This document shows positions 27,716 to 41,396 of a DNA stretch of 64,000 bases, piece after piece. Origin of the DNA: Macrostomum hystrix (lineage: Eukaryota > Animalia > Platyhelminthes); the NCBI GenBank assembly GCA_950097015.1, contig CATNEN010000011.1, forward strand, positions 1,922,001-1,986,000, in the 5' to 3' direction. The translations under genes and the position numbers were made by a program. The notes under the pieces were generated by a model. That model searched no databases. It was not told where the DNA came from and was given only the letters and a program-made list of their open reading frames with translations. Each line of letters begins with the position of its first letter. Position 1 is the stretch's first letter.

Positions 27716-30700
27716 CAAGGGATCTGGAATGTTGGGAGAACAATCAGGGGATCTGGAATGGTGGGAGAACAATCAGGGGATCTGGAATAATGGGAGAACA
27801 ATCAGGGGATCTGGAATGGTGGGAGAACAATCAGGGGATCTGGAATGGTGGGAGAACAATTAGGGGATCTGGAATGGTGGGAGAAGAATCAGGGGATCTG
27901 GAATAATGGGAGAACAATCAGGGGATCTGGAATGGTGGGAGAACAATCAGGGGATCTGGAATGGTGGGAGAACAATCAGGGGATCTGGAATGGTGGGAGA
28001 ACAATCAGGGGATCTGGAATGGTGGGAGAACAATAAGGGGATCTGGAATGGTGGGAGAAGAATCAGGGATCTGGAATAATGGGAGAACAATCAGGGGATC
28101 TGGAATAATGGGAGAACAATCAGGGGATCTGGAATTGTGGGAGAACAATTAGGGGATCTGGAATGGTGGGAGAACAATCAGGGGATCTGGAATGGTGGGA
28201 GAACAATCAGGGGATCTGGAATGGTGGGAGAACAATTAGGGGATCTGGAATGGTGGGAGAAGAATCAGGGGATCTGGAATAATGGGAGAACAATCAGGGG
28301 ATCTGGAATGGTGGGAGAACAATCAGGGGATCTGGAATGGTGGGAGAACAATCAGGGGATCTGGAATGGTGGGAGAACAATCAGGGGATCTGGAATGGTG
28401 GGAGAACAATAAGGGGATCTGGAATGGTGGGAGAAGAATCAGGGATCTGGAATAATGGGAGAACAATCAGGGGATCTGGAATGGTGGGAGAAGAATCAGG
28501 GGATCTGGAATGGTGGGAGAACAATCAGGGGATCTGGAATGGTGGGAGAACACTCAGGGGATCTGGAATGGTGGGAGAACAATCAGGGGATCTGGAATGG
28601 TGGGAGAACAATCAGGGGATCTGGAATGGTGGGAGAACAATCAGGGGATCTGGAATGATGGGAGAACAATCAGGGGATCTGGAATAATGGGAGAACAATC
28701 AGGGGATCTGGAATGGTGGGAGAACAATCAGGGGATCTGGAATGGTGGGAGAACAATCAGGGGATCTGGAATAATGGGAGAACAATCAGGGGATCTGGAA
28801 TGGTGGGAGAACAATCAGGGGATCTGGAATGGTGGGAGAACAATCAGGGGATCTGGAATGGTGGGAGAACAATCAGGGGATCTGGAATGGTGGGAGAACA
28901 ATCAGGGAATCTGGAATGATGGGAGAACAATCAGGGGATCTGGAATAATGGGAGAACAATCAGGGGATCTGGAATGGTGGGAGAACAATCAGGGGATCTG
29001 GAATGGTGGGAGAACAATCAGGGGATCTGGAATGGTGGGAGAACAATCAGGGAATCTGGAATGATGGGAGAACAATCAGGGGATCTGGAATAATGGGAAA
29101 ACAATCAGGGGATCTGGAATGGTGGGAGAACAATCAGGGGATCTGGAATGGTGGGAGAACAATCAGGGGATCTGGAATAATGGGAGAACAATCAGGGGAT
29201 CTGGAATTGTGGGAGAACAATTAGGGGATCTGGAATGGTGGGAGAAGAATCAGGGGATCTGGAATGGTGGGAGAACAATCAGAGGATCTGGAATAATGGG
29301 AGAACAATCAGGGGATCTGGAATGGTGGGAGAAGAATCAGAGGGTCTGGAATGGTGGGAGAACAATCAGGGGATCTGGAATAATGGGAGAACAATCAGGG
29401 GATCTGGAATGGTGGGAGAACAATCAGGGGATCTGGAATGGTGGGAGAACAATCAGGGGATCTGGAATGGTGGGAGAACAATCAGGGGATCTGGAATGAT
29501 GGGAGAACAATCAGGGGATCTGGAATGGTGGGAGAAGAATCAGGGGATCTGGAATAATGGGAGAACAATCAGGGGATCTGGAATGGTGGGAGAACAATCA
29601 GGGGATCTGGAATGGTGGGAGAACAATCAGGGGATCTGGAATGTTGGGAGAACAATCAGGGGATCTGGAATGGTGGGAGAACAATCAGGGGATCTGGAAT
29701 GGTGGGAGAACAATCAGGGAATCTGGAATGATGGGAGAACAATCAGGGGATCTGGAATAATGGGAGAACAATCAGGGGATCTGGAATGGTGGGAGAACAA
29801 TCAGGGGATCTGGAATGGTGGGAGAACAATCAGGGGATCTGGAATAATGGGAGAACAATCAGGGGATCTGGAATGGTGGGAGAACAATTAGGGAATCTGG
29901 AATGGTAGGAGAAGAATCAGGGGATCTGGAATGGTGGGAGAACAATCAGGGGATCTGGAATAATGGGAGAACAATCAGGGGATCTGGAATTGTGGGAGAA
30001 CAATTAGGGGATCTGGAATGGTGGGAGAAGAATCAGGGGATCTGGAATGGTGGGAGAACAATCAGGGGATCTGGAATAATGGGAGAACAATCAGGGGATC
30101 TGGAATGGTGGGAGAAGAATCAGGGGGTCTGGAATGGTGGGAGAACAATCAGGGGATCTGGAATAATGGGAGAACAATCAGGGGATCTGGAATAATGGGA
30201 GAACAATCAGGGGATCTGGAATGGTGGGAGAAGAATCAGGGGATCTGGAATGGTGGGAGAACAATTAGGGGATCTGGAATGGTGGGAGAACAATTAGGGG
30301 ATCTGGAATGGTGGGAGAACAATCAGGGGATCTGGAATGGTGGGAGAACAATTAGGGGATCTGGAATGGAGGGAGAACAATCAGGGGATCTGGAATGGTG
30401 GGAGAACAATTAGGGGATCTGGAATGGTGGGAGAAGAATCAGGGGATCTGGAATGGTGGGAGAACAATCAGGGGATCTGGAATAATGGGAGAACAATCAG
30501 GGGATCTGGAATGGTGGGAGAAGAATCAGGGGATCTGGAATGGTGGGAGAAGAATCAGGGGATCTGGAATAATGGGAGAACAATTAGGGGATCTGGAATG
30601 GTGGGAGAACAATCAGGGGATCTGGAATGGTGGGAGAACAATCAGGGGATCTGGAATGGTGGGAGAACAATCAGGGGATCTGGAATGGTGGGAGAACAAT

Positions 30701-31667
30701 CAGGGGATCTGGAATAATGGGAGAACAATCAGGGGATCTGGAATGGTGGGAGAAGAATCAGGGGATCTGGAATGGTGGGAGAAGAATCAGGGGATCTGGA
30801 ATAATGGGAGAACAATTAGGGGATCTGGAATGGTGGGAGAACAATCAGGGGATCTGGAATGGTGGGAGAACAATTAGGGGATCTGGAATGGTGGGAGAAG
30901 AATCAGGGGATCTGGAATGGTGGGAGAAGAATCAGGGGATCTGGAATGGTGGGAGAACAATCAGGGGATCTGGAATGTTGGGAGAACAATCAGGGGATCT
31001 GGAATGGTGGGAGAACAATCAGGGGATCTGGAATGGTGGGAGAACAATCAGGGGATCTGGAATGGTGGGAGAAGAATCAGGGGATCTGGAATGGTGGGAG
31101 AACAATCAGGGGAGCTGGAATGGTGGGAGAAGAATCAGGGGATCTGGAATGGTGGGAGAACAATCAGGGGATCTGGAATGGTGGGAGAACAATCAGGGGA
31201 TCTGGAATGGTGGGAGAACAATCAGGGGATCTGGAATGGTGGGAGAACAATCAGGGGATCTGGAATGGTGGGAGAACAATCAGGGGAGCTGGAATGGTGG
31301 GAGAACAATCAGGGGATCTGGAATGGTGGGAGAACAATCAGGGGATCTGGAATGGTGGGAGAACAATCAGGGGAGCTGGAATGGTGGGAGAACAATCAGG
31401 GGATCTGGAATGGTGGGAGAACAATCAGGGGATCTGGAATAATGGGAGAACAATCAGGGGATCTGGAATGGTGGGAGAACAATCAGGGGATCTGGAATGG
31501 TGGGAGAAGAATCAGGGGATCTGGAATGGTGGGAGAACAATCAGGGGATCTGGAATGGTGGGAGAAGAATCAGGGGATCTGGAATGGTGGGAGAACAATT
31601 CGGGGATCTGGAATGGTGGGAGAAGAATCAGGGGATCTGGAATGGTGGGAGAACAATCAGGGGATCT
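27712..31667. repeat. 29-bp satellite (AATCAGGGGATCTGGAATGGTGGGAGAAC), about 4 kb
   Basis: Tandem units visible; source of all the GEQSGDLEWW pseudo-ORFs. Confidence 0.97.
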
Positions 31668-32171
31668 AGGTGATAGATTTGAAATTTAGTGTCATGACGT
31701 AGACGACTGAACAATCTAGGGGCAAAGAGTGCAAGCGGGTCAGGACATCAACCATTCGGCATGCAATCTCTGCGAAATAGCGGATTAAACTCAAGCTGTG
31801 AAGCTTAATCATTACATGCCTGTCCAGAAACTACATGTAGATTAAATTTGGTTAGATTAAAAAGCATTTAATCGGCCTTCATCGAGTCTCCAGGGGCTAA
31901 GACAATCCTACTTAGGATTCCTTAATACGGGACATTAATTTTAGCTGTCTAATCACAATTTAGCTAATCACAAAGCAGACTCATTCACAGCCTAGAGGGC
32001 AGTGGTTGTTAAGGCCTCTTACATGATTAACGTGTTAGTTTCAAGACTTCAAACAGTTAATTGAAAAAATATGAATTGGCTATAAAAAATTAACTAAATT
32101 GAAAACGAAATGCGATCGTAATTAAAATAAATTCAAACCATCGACAAAAAAGCATTTTCCTATTTTTTCCG

Positions 32172-33148
32172 AGTGTCTCACTGTGTTATCCCAGTGTCTC
32201 AATGTGTTATCCTAGTGTCTCAATGTGTTATCCCAGTGTCTCAATGTGTTATCCTAGTGTCTCAATGTGTCATCCCAGTGTCTCAATGTGTTATCCTAGT
32301 GTCTCAATGTGTTATCCTAGTGTCTCAATGTGTTATCCCAGTGTCTCAATGTGTCATCCCAGTGTCTCAATGTGTTATCCTAGTGTCTCAATGTGTTATC
32401 CTAGTGTCTCAATGTGTTATCCCAGTGTCTCACTGTGTTATCCCAGTGTCTCAATATGTTATCCCAGTGTCTCAATGTGTTATCCCAGTGTCTCAATGTG
32501 TTATCCCAGTGTCTCAATGTGTTATCCCAGTGTCTCACTGTGTTATCACAGTGTCTCACTGTGTTATCCCAGTGTCTTAATGTGTTATCCCAGTGTCTTA
32601 ATGTGTTATCCTAGTGTCTCAATGTGATATCCCAGTGTCTCAATGTGTTATCCCAGTGTCTCAATGTGTTATCCTAGTGTCTCAATGTGTTATCCCAGTG
32701 TCTCAATGTGTTATCCCTGTGTCTCAATGTGTTATCCCAGTGTCTCAATGTGATATCCCAGTGTCTCAATGTGTTATCCCAGTGTGTTATCACTGTCTTA
32801 TCTAAGTGTCTAACTGTGTTATCCCAGTGTCTCACTGTGTTATCCCAGTGTCTCACTGTGTTATCACAGTGTCTCAATGTGTTATCCTAGTGTCTCAATG
32901 TGTTATCCCAGTGTCTCACTATGTTATCCCAGTGTCTAACTGTGTTATCCCATGTCTCACTGTGATATCGCAGTGTCTCAATGTGTTATCCCAGTGTCTC
33001 ACTGTGTTATCACAGTGTCTCAATGTGTTATCCTAGTGTCTCAATGTGTTATCCCAGTGTCTCACTATGTTATCCCAGTGTCTAACTGTGTTATCCCATG
33101 TCTCACTGTGATATCCCAGTGTCTCACTGTGTTATCGCACTGTCTCAC
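32172..33148. repeat. 21-bp minisatellite (GTGTCTCAATGTGTTATCCCA)
   Basis: Tandem units visible. Confidence 0.95.
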
Positions 33149-33512
33149 CAGCGTTGACAATAATTAATCATGAACCAATATATATTACTACTTACAGACG
33201 CGAGAAAGTAGAGTGATTTGGATATTGTAGAAAAATAGGAAACTTTCATAAAACTGGTCGGCACTCGACAGAATGATTTTTTCCTGCAAAGTCAATGTTT
33301 AAAGCACCGAAAAAACTGCACCAACTAAACATTTAATCAATTCATCATTCTCATTATATTTAAGAGGCCTTTGAAGATCTGAATCCAGAGGAACAGAAAA
33401 TGCAACACAGTTTAGACTGCTCGCTTGCTTTAATCTTTGAAGCCGGTATTTACAAGGCTTGCTTTTACATTCTAGAAATCAAATTTCGAGTATTCGATTT
33501 ATTCGCACTTTC

Positions 33513-35902
33513 TCAAAACTTGGGTTTCCTTTTCCTTCCGCTGTACTTTGAGTCGGCCGGTAGCAACCTGCTCTCCGGATTGCGCCTCTTAAACTGCTCC
33601 TTCTTACGCAGTATCCAAGCTCGGGAACCTTTGCGCGCCTGCTGCTGCTGCTGCTGCCTAGAGTTCGAGGCCTCATCCTGCGGCCGGGGCATCGGCCTAG
33701 CTCCGGCAGTGTCCAACACTAGAAAATGCTTTCTGGCTTTGCTAGACTGAGGAAAATCCGTCACTAAGCCGCCAGTGAAGCCGCATGACATTGCAGAATT
33801 CAGCAGCAACTGCAGCTGCAGCTCATCCGCTGGGTAGAACTGGAATACGGCCCTGGCGCCAACTGACATGCAGGCGTACAGTCTGGTGAAGAATGCGCGC
33901 TGCCGCCTGATTGGATTGGCTGTGGACCTGCGGTTGGAGAATCCCATATTTTGGGAAGGGAGAATAACATGATTTGCGAATGAAGAACCCCATATTTTGG
34001 GAAGAAAGAATCCCATGATTTGGGGATGGAGAATCCCATGGGTTGGGAAGTGAAAATCCAATAGTTTGGGAAGGAAGAATCCCATAGGAATCGAAGAACC
34101 CACTGATTAAGGTATCGAAGGAGAACTCATTCATTAAGGAATCCAAGGAGAACCCAGTGATTAAGGAATCGAAGGAGAACCCAGTGATTTAGGAATCGAA
34201 GGAGAACTAATTGATTAAGGAATCGAAGGAGAACTCATTCATTAAGGAATCCAAGGAGAACCCAGTGATTAAGGAATCGAAGGAGAACCCAGTGATTTAG
34301 GAATCGAAGGAGAACTAATTGATTAAGGAATCGAAGGAGAACTCATTCATTAAGGAATCCAAGGAGAACCCAGTGATTAAGGAATCGAAGGAGAACCCAG
34401 TGATTTAGGAATCGAAGGAGAACCCAGTGATTTAGGAATCGAAGGAGAACTCATTCATTAAGGAATCCAAGGAGAACCCAGTGATTAAGGAATCGAAGGA
34501 GAACCCAGTGATTAAGGAATCGAAGGAGAACCCAGTGATTTAGGAATCGAAGGAGAACCCAGTGATTTAGGAATCGAAGGAGAACCCAGTGATTTAGGAA
34601 TCGAAGGAGAACTCATTCATTAAGGAATCCAAGGAGAACCCAGTGATTTAGGAATCGAAGGAGAACCCAGTGATTTAGGTATCGAAGGAGAACCCAGTGA
34701 TTAAGGAATCGAAGGAGAACCCAGTGATTTAGGTATCGAAGGAGAACTCATTCATTAAGGAATCCAAGGAGAACCCAGTGATTAAGGAATCGAAGGAGAA
34801 CCCAGTGATTTAGGAATCGAAGGAGAACTAATTGATTAAGGAATCGAAGGAGAACTCATTCATTAAGGAATCCAAGGAGAACCCAGTAATTAAGGAATCG
34901 AAGGAGAACCCAGTGATTTAGGAATCGAAGGAGAACCCAGTGATTTAGGAATCGAAGGAGAACTCATTCATTAAGGAATCCAAGGAGAACCCAGTGATTA
35001 AGGAATCGAAGGAGAACCCAGTGATTTAGGAATCGAAGGAGAACTCATTCATTAAGGAATCCAAGGAGAACCCAGTGATTAAGGAATCGAAGGAGAACCC
35101 AGTGATTAAGGAATCGAAGGAGAACCCAGTGATTTAGGAATCGAAGGAGAACTCATTGATTAAGGAATCCAAGGAGAAATCATTGATTAAGGAATCGAAG
35201 GAGAAATCATTGATATATAGAATCGAGAACCTAGTGACTTCGATTCAGGAATCGAAGGAGAACCCACTGATTTAGGAATCGAAGCAGAACCCACTGATTT
35301 TGGACTCAAAGGAGACAACGAGGGTCAGACCTGTCAGAGTAGGCCAGCCACTGCAGCGCCGAGATGCTGACTACCGCATCAAAGCAGCCGGCCCGAAACG
35401 GCAGGCCGTGGCCAATGTCGCAACGGGCGAGGCCGCCTTCAACTTCATTCTCCAGTGCAATGTCCAGCATGCTGGCGCTGATGTCAACGCCGAGCCAGCG
35501 AAGCCCGGCTTCGGTCAGGGCGGCACCGCTGATGCCGGAGCCGCAGCCGACGTCAAGTACGAGCATTGAGGATCGCTCAGCTGGATCGTCGGGCAAGCAG
35601 AGCAGCTCAATCGCGCGCTCGGACATCTCAGACTGAATCTGGATGATTCGAGAGCTGGCAGGGAGAAAAATGGAATTGTGGATTGCAAGAATATTGTCAA
35701 TTCAAGTAAATGAATTAGAAATAGCGGAAATACTCACTTCTGTGTGTACTTCTTTGCCTCATTGTCATCATAATACTGGAATAACAAAAATAGGATACCT
35801 ACAATCAAATGCTAACATAAAAAATTAATAATTTTATGACAAAAGCATGTACTTGCCACTTACCAAATCAGGTGGTAGACTTGACTCAGGTCTGTTAGCC
35901 AT
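33513..35902 (-). CDS. BUD23: 18S rRNA m7G methyltransferase BUD23/WBSCR22 (exons 35902-35864, 35775-35738, 35654-35331, 33927-33513; 271 aa)
   Basis: MANRPESSLPPDL|YYDDNEAKKYTQN|SRIIQIQSEMSERAIELL, SAM motif VLDVGCGSG, SISALQWL, RAVFQFYP, GFTGGLVTDFP, C-terminal WILRKKE..YSGRKRK; exon lengths sum to 816 nt. Confidence 0.95.
34090..35300. repeat. 27-bp minisatellite (GAACCCAGTGATTAAGGAATCGAAGGA) filling BUD23 intron 3
   Basis: Tandem units from about 30 nt inside the donor, degenerating toward the acceptor. Confidence 0.95.
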
Positions 35903-36973
35903 TGTTACATAAAGTCTGAAAATGTAGAATTGTGTTTTTTAGTGGCCATTTTTTATTATGGACCAAAAAATTTTAAACAAATAAATAAAAAAACTAACTT
36001 CATGAAAACTTGAAAGAAAATGCACTTCCTTTGGTTTCAAAGAATATGTATTATTAAAGGATATAAAGTCTCAGGAGAATACAAATCAATATAAAAGTGC
36101 TTAATATTAAAGCATATTAAAAGAAAAACTAAAAAAATTCAACAAGACCATGTTTTAATGAATAGACATGGCATTGCATACTATAGTTAATATTTTTGTT
36201 TCTCTAAACAAACTCATGCAAGCTTTGTCCTAGACACTTGCTCTTTTGTCATATAATTAACCTAAGCTCTTGAGTTGTCATTGATTACCACCTTGGCTGT
36301 GATATTACATGGCAGCATTACACAATTGGTCCTATATTACTAGTTAGGACAAGCAAACTCTAGAGATTAGGAATTAATTTTTGAGAATTAGTATTTTATT
36401 ATAGCTTTCTATTGATTGAGAATGATCAGTCACCATCATTTTTAGGATAAATAGGATGAAAACTCCCTTTAGGATCAAAAATTTAATATATAAGACAATA
36501 ATTTTTTACTCAAATTATTGGCCTAATTTGAGTTTTGTAGTAAAGTTCTTGTATTTACATATTTTGTATTTTATATTACATTTTTATTTTTATCAATATT
36601 TATATATATCTTGAAAAATGGAGTAGCTTAGGAATAGGCATGGGGTTATCCAGTCTTTGGGGTAGGCCTATAAAAACTGATATCAAACAATATAAAGCAA
36701 AAAATTAATTGAATACTAATAGGTCTATGTAGAAGTAGAACTTAGGCCTACAAACAACTTTTAGGCTAAGCCAATTTCACAAAGAGAACTAGGCAAAAAT
36801 ATGAAGAGACCAATAAAAAATACAGCATTAGTGCTGTGATCACAAAAATTAAGCTTAAATTAAATTAAGGGATAAGACCTTATAAATCAAACAGGTTACA
36901 AAACACGGAATAAATAATAGATTAAAAGGGAGTTAAAAGTGGAAGAAAAAATCACTAACATGTCCAATAGGGA

Positions 36974-37124
36974 CAGGGGCGTAGCCAGGATTTTTTGGGA
37001 TATCGGTTTTGGTTCTATCCAGCGTATCCCATAAAAAACAATAAATTAATTTCTTTCGAAGAAACTGAATGCGAAAAAATTTAAGACATCAACTTTTGGG
37101 GGTATCGGCCGAGCAACGCCACTG
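36974..37124. mobile_element. 151-bp hAT-type MITE
   Basis: TIRs CAGGGGCGTAGC / GCAACGCCACTG and a perfect 8-bp TSD AATAGGGA on both sides. Confidence 0.85.
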
Positions 37125-38599
37125 AATAGGGATAGGGCCTACACTTATTTTATAGAGCTGCATATGACAACTTCTAAGAAACTAAAAAACTTAACATATT
37201 TTAAAATTCTTTAGGTAAGCAAACAAAAATTAAATTGTTCTGTTTTCTTTCAAACATAGATTTTAAAAAGTTAAAGTGAAAAAGTTCTGATATATTACAA
37301 TTATTTTTCAATTGAATAAAATAATAAGAATTGTAACAATAAAAGTTACATAGGTGTCCAAGAAAAAAGTTTAAATGTACGCTGACCAAACGAATGAATA
37401 ACTGATAAACCCACCTGATCAATCGATCTATTTAGATAATTTTTCCTTACGTGCTCGTAATTGGTGCTAATAAATTTATGTGAATTTGTTTATATAAATT
37501 CCTTAATAATCTAGACAACGCCACAAAAGTGTTACTTCGTTTTTATTGTAGAATTCAATTAATTCTTTAAGGTAGGCCTATGCAGCATAACTTTTGCATG
37601 TCACTGTCATGGTGCCAGCATCAGTAGGCCTATATAATTATAGACAAGAGAGTTCTTTAAATACCAAATATCGAACCATGGAAATCTATAAGTCTTAGTC
37701 TTAGCCTTAAATTATTAGAATATTTTAAAATTGTAGCTAATTTGGCAGCTGTGTCATGGCTAGAATGTAGCAAATGTCCAGTCTAGAGGCAGTACTGGTC
37801 ATCGCCCTAAGCCTAAGCTGAGGCCAACCTGAATGGCAAGCTGCTGTGTGGATAAGCAGAAAATTATTGGCAAGGATCTGTGTGGATATAATTGAAATTA
37901 TCGGCACGGGACCATGGGAATAAGCACTTCCATTAATATAATATATATAATGAATTAATGAGTTTAATCAGATTATAGACATCTAATATACTAAAAATGA
38001 AATGGTTGCTTGCTTGCTTGTAATTGATTTTCTCCCGAACGGCTCAACCGATTTTCACAATTCCTTCACCAAAAGATGCCAAATATGGGGACAATTTTAC
38101 ACATATTTTTATTAAGCTTAACTTTATTGCTAAGGGGATTAAATATTCGAAAAACAAGTTTTTTGACCATTTCAAAGGTCAAACTATCTTGGCCTATTGA
38201 GAATTTCATTCACTGACTGCCACTGAATTAGAATTGCATCGTCAAATTGTGCAACAACCCCTAGCTGATTGAATTTGAAGCCTGCACTCTGGAGACAAAT
38301 TGGAAATAAATGTACACAACCAACCACGAGACTGAGTGTACTCTATTTTCTCACTTCATTGTACAAAGCCAGAACTTTGAGAATTCATTTTATAAGGCTG
38401 ATTTTTGCACCCACTAACCAACAGTCGGAATAGCGGATGTGTAGGCACTAGGAATAGGTTATAGGCTAGGCTAGGGTTTGATTCTGCACTGCATCAAATC
38501 ATTTTAGACTAATTTTCAGCCAGTAGTGATTGAAGACTATTTTAATTTATTTTTTTCATTTCGTAAATAAAATATCATAAATCATAGCACACCTGAGTT

Positions 38600-39600
38600 T
38601 GAATCATTGCAAAAATAGAGTTTGAATCATGGCTAAACCAGATCTTGAATCATGGCTAAACTAGAGTCTGAATCGTTGCTAAACCAGATCTTGAATCGTG
38701 GCTAAACCATAGTCTGAATCATGGCTAAAATAGAGTCTGAATCATGGCTAAACCAGAGTCTGAATCATGGCTAAACTAGAGTCTGAATCATGGCTAAACC
38801 AGAGTTTGAACCATGGCTAAACCAGAGTTTGAATCATGGCTAAACCAGAGTTTGAATCATGGCTAAACCAGAGTTTCAATCATGGCTAAACCAGAGCTTG
38901 AATCATGGCTAAACCAGCATCTGAATCATGGCTAAACCAGAGTTTGAATCATGGCTAAACCAGAGACTAAATCATGGCTAAACCATCATCATCAGCATGG
39001 CTAAACTAGAGTTTGAATCATGGCTAAACCAGAGTTTGAATAATGGCTACACCAGAGTTTGAATCATGGCTAAACCAGAGTTTGAATCATGGCTAAACCA
39101 GAGTTTGAATCATGGCTAAACCAGAGTTTGAATCATGGCTAAACCAGAGTTTGAATCATAGCCAACCAGAGTTTGAATCTTGGCTAAACCAGAGTTTCAA
39201 TCATGGCTAACCCAGCATTTGAATCATGGCTAAACCAGAGTTTGAATCATGGCAAAAACCGAGTTTCAATCATGGCTAACCCAGCGTTTGAATCATGGCT
39301 AAACCAGAGTTTGAATCATGGCTAAACCAGAGTTTGAATCATGGCTAAACCAGAGTTTGAATCATAGCCAACCAGAGTTTGAATCTTGGCTAAACCAGAG
39401 TTTGAATCATAGCCAACCAGAGTCTGAATCATGGCGAAACCATGGGGATCTTTGTCAACTGGGGGATCATTGTCAACTGGGGGATCTTTGTTAACTGGGG
39501 GTTCATTGTCAACTGGGGGTTCATTGTCATCTAGGGGATCATCATCAACTAGGGGATCATCATCAACTGGGGGATCATTGTCAACTGGGGGTTCATTGTA
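38600..39600. repeat. 23-bp minisatellite (AATCATGGCTAAACCAGAGTTTG) followed by an 18-bp array (TCATTGTCAACTGGGGGA/T) from about 39445
   Basis: Tandem units visible. Confidence 0.92.
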
Positions 39601-41396
39601 GCTATAAGAAGCTGTAAATTCAGCTGCTAAAAAGTAAATACTAGACAAATTAAAAGTATTTCTGCTCCCCGAAGGGGGGCAAAACTTGCTAGTAAACTTA
39701 TCTATAATGCAAATAAAACTCTACAATAATAATACAAATTTATATTTATAGCTAAATAAAAATACATTCTTGTTTAAATGTTTTTGGTCTAACTTTTAAA
39801 TTTCATGTCCTACTCTTAACTGCTCAAGGTTACAAGAACTCTCCAAATCCAGCTCTCCACTTAGGTTAGGCATAGGCTCCTCCTATCCCAAATCCTGCCC
39901 AATCCTGCCCAGAAATAAATAAGGATCCTGATCCCATCCAACTCCTAATTTAATAGTAAGCATTATTATTAGTAAACAATTAATAGTTTGACTCTAAAGC
40001 TAAATAGAATGGCCTCTGGGTAATTCCATGAAAAGGTCATCAATACCAATGGGACATAATTTTTTATGCTATATGTATAAAAGTTTATATTTCTATTTGT
40101 ACATAATTATATATAGTTTTATGTTCAAGTAGTTTTAAACATATTTGTCTACCTTTAGGTTTATATATATTTTTTATCATAGTACTCCAACAATCATTTC
40201 AATGTTCTGCAGGACATGATAAAAAGTGAATCTAGCTTTCATTAAGGAACTAATTAGTCCTAAATTTAACTCAGAGAATATAAATATAAAAATAACTTGA
40301 CTTTATTATATCTAAAAACTGAAATAAAAAAGTTTTATGACCTAACATATTTCTTTTTATCATAACTTTTGCTTTGAAAAGTTTGGGCTTTGTTTTTTAA
40401 AAGTGTTAAAAACAACCATAATTTTTTTATGAACAGTTGTTATACCAAGTTCAAAAGGCTTGTGATGTGATTTTTTTACTAAAATTTTTTCTTATCCTGT
40501 ATCTTAACTTAAATTGTCTTTTTTGTTAGCATATGATATGTTTAATATGCTTAAAAAGCCCTGCAAAGTTGCCCAACAACCATCATTTCCTGGCATTCTT
40601 AAAACCTGTATATATTCAGAAAACATTATTACTATCATTTCTTTCATAAATTTAATAAAATTCATACAATTAACTACATCAGTACTGTTCTCAAGTTGTG
40701 TAGGCCAATTTTTAATCAATTTCTTTTGTAAATGTTTCTTGTGTCAATTTTAAAGACAATACATGTTCTTAGAATTCAAGCCTTTAAGAGATACAGTAAA
40801 TCTTGTTTTATATGCCTTAAAATAAATTATCTTTTTTGTTAAGTCCTACTAAGTCATTGGTTTATTTAATTGTTTCATGCACTATTGCCTCTATTAACTG
40901 ATTAGCCATATATATAATTATTGAGTCAGGCAATCTTGAAGATTATGTTTTGTTGAAGGTACAAGTACATGGTAGGTTTGATCTGAAATGTGAGAGTAGT
41001 GTAATAAATTTTATGGTTAGAAAAGCATTAAATATTTTTATTAGAACAAATATTTGTTTTAAGCAATCTTAAAACCAAGATATTTGAATCCAAATTAGAG
41101 GGATTCAGTATTTTGATTCAGGCTAAAATTTGTATATGATTCTATCTCTAAAGATAGGTTTAATCAATAGACTTAACACTTTCTTTTATGAATAGATAAC
41201 TTTTTAAAGTGGCATGTTTTTTTATTGCTAGATAGAAACTGTGGTTCGAACTGTGCTAAAAATTTAATTTGATAATAGTTCATACTGATAATAAACTTTT
41301 TTAGTGACATTTGATTTAGTGAAATAAATCTTAGCATCATTTTTTGCAGACAGCCTATATTTTTGAAGACCGGTTAAAGACTAAAAGGCAGAAAGC

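Noticed and set aside
27619-31689. Many long W/G-rich ORFs (also 7564-9673, 1577-2389, 4045-4830, 32173-33167, 50462-51040)
   Set aside because: Direct translations of tandem repeats open in several frames, with no splice context or codon-level constraint.
39322-39648. Acidic DDPP-repeat ORF
   Set aside because: Translation of the 18-bp and 23-bp arrays.
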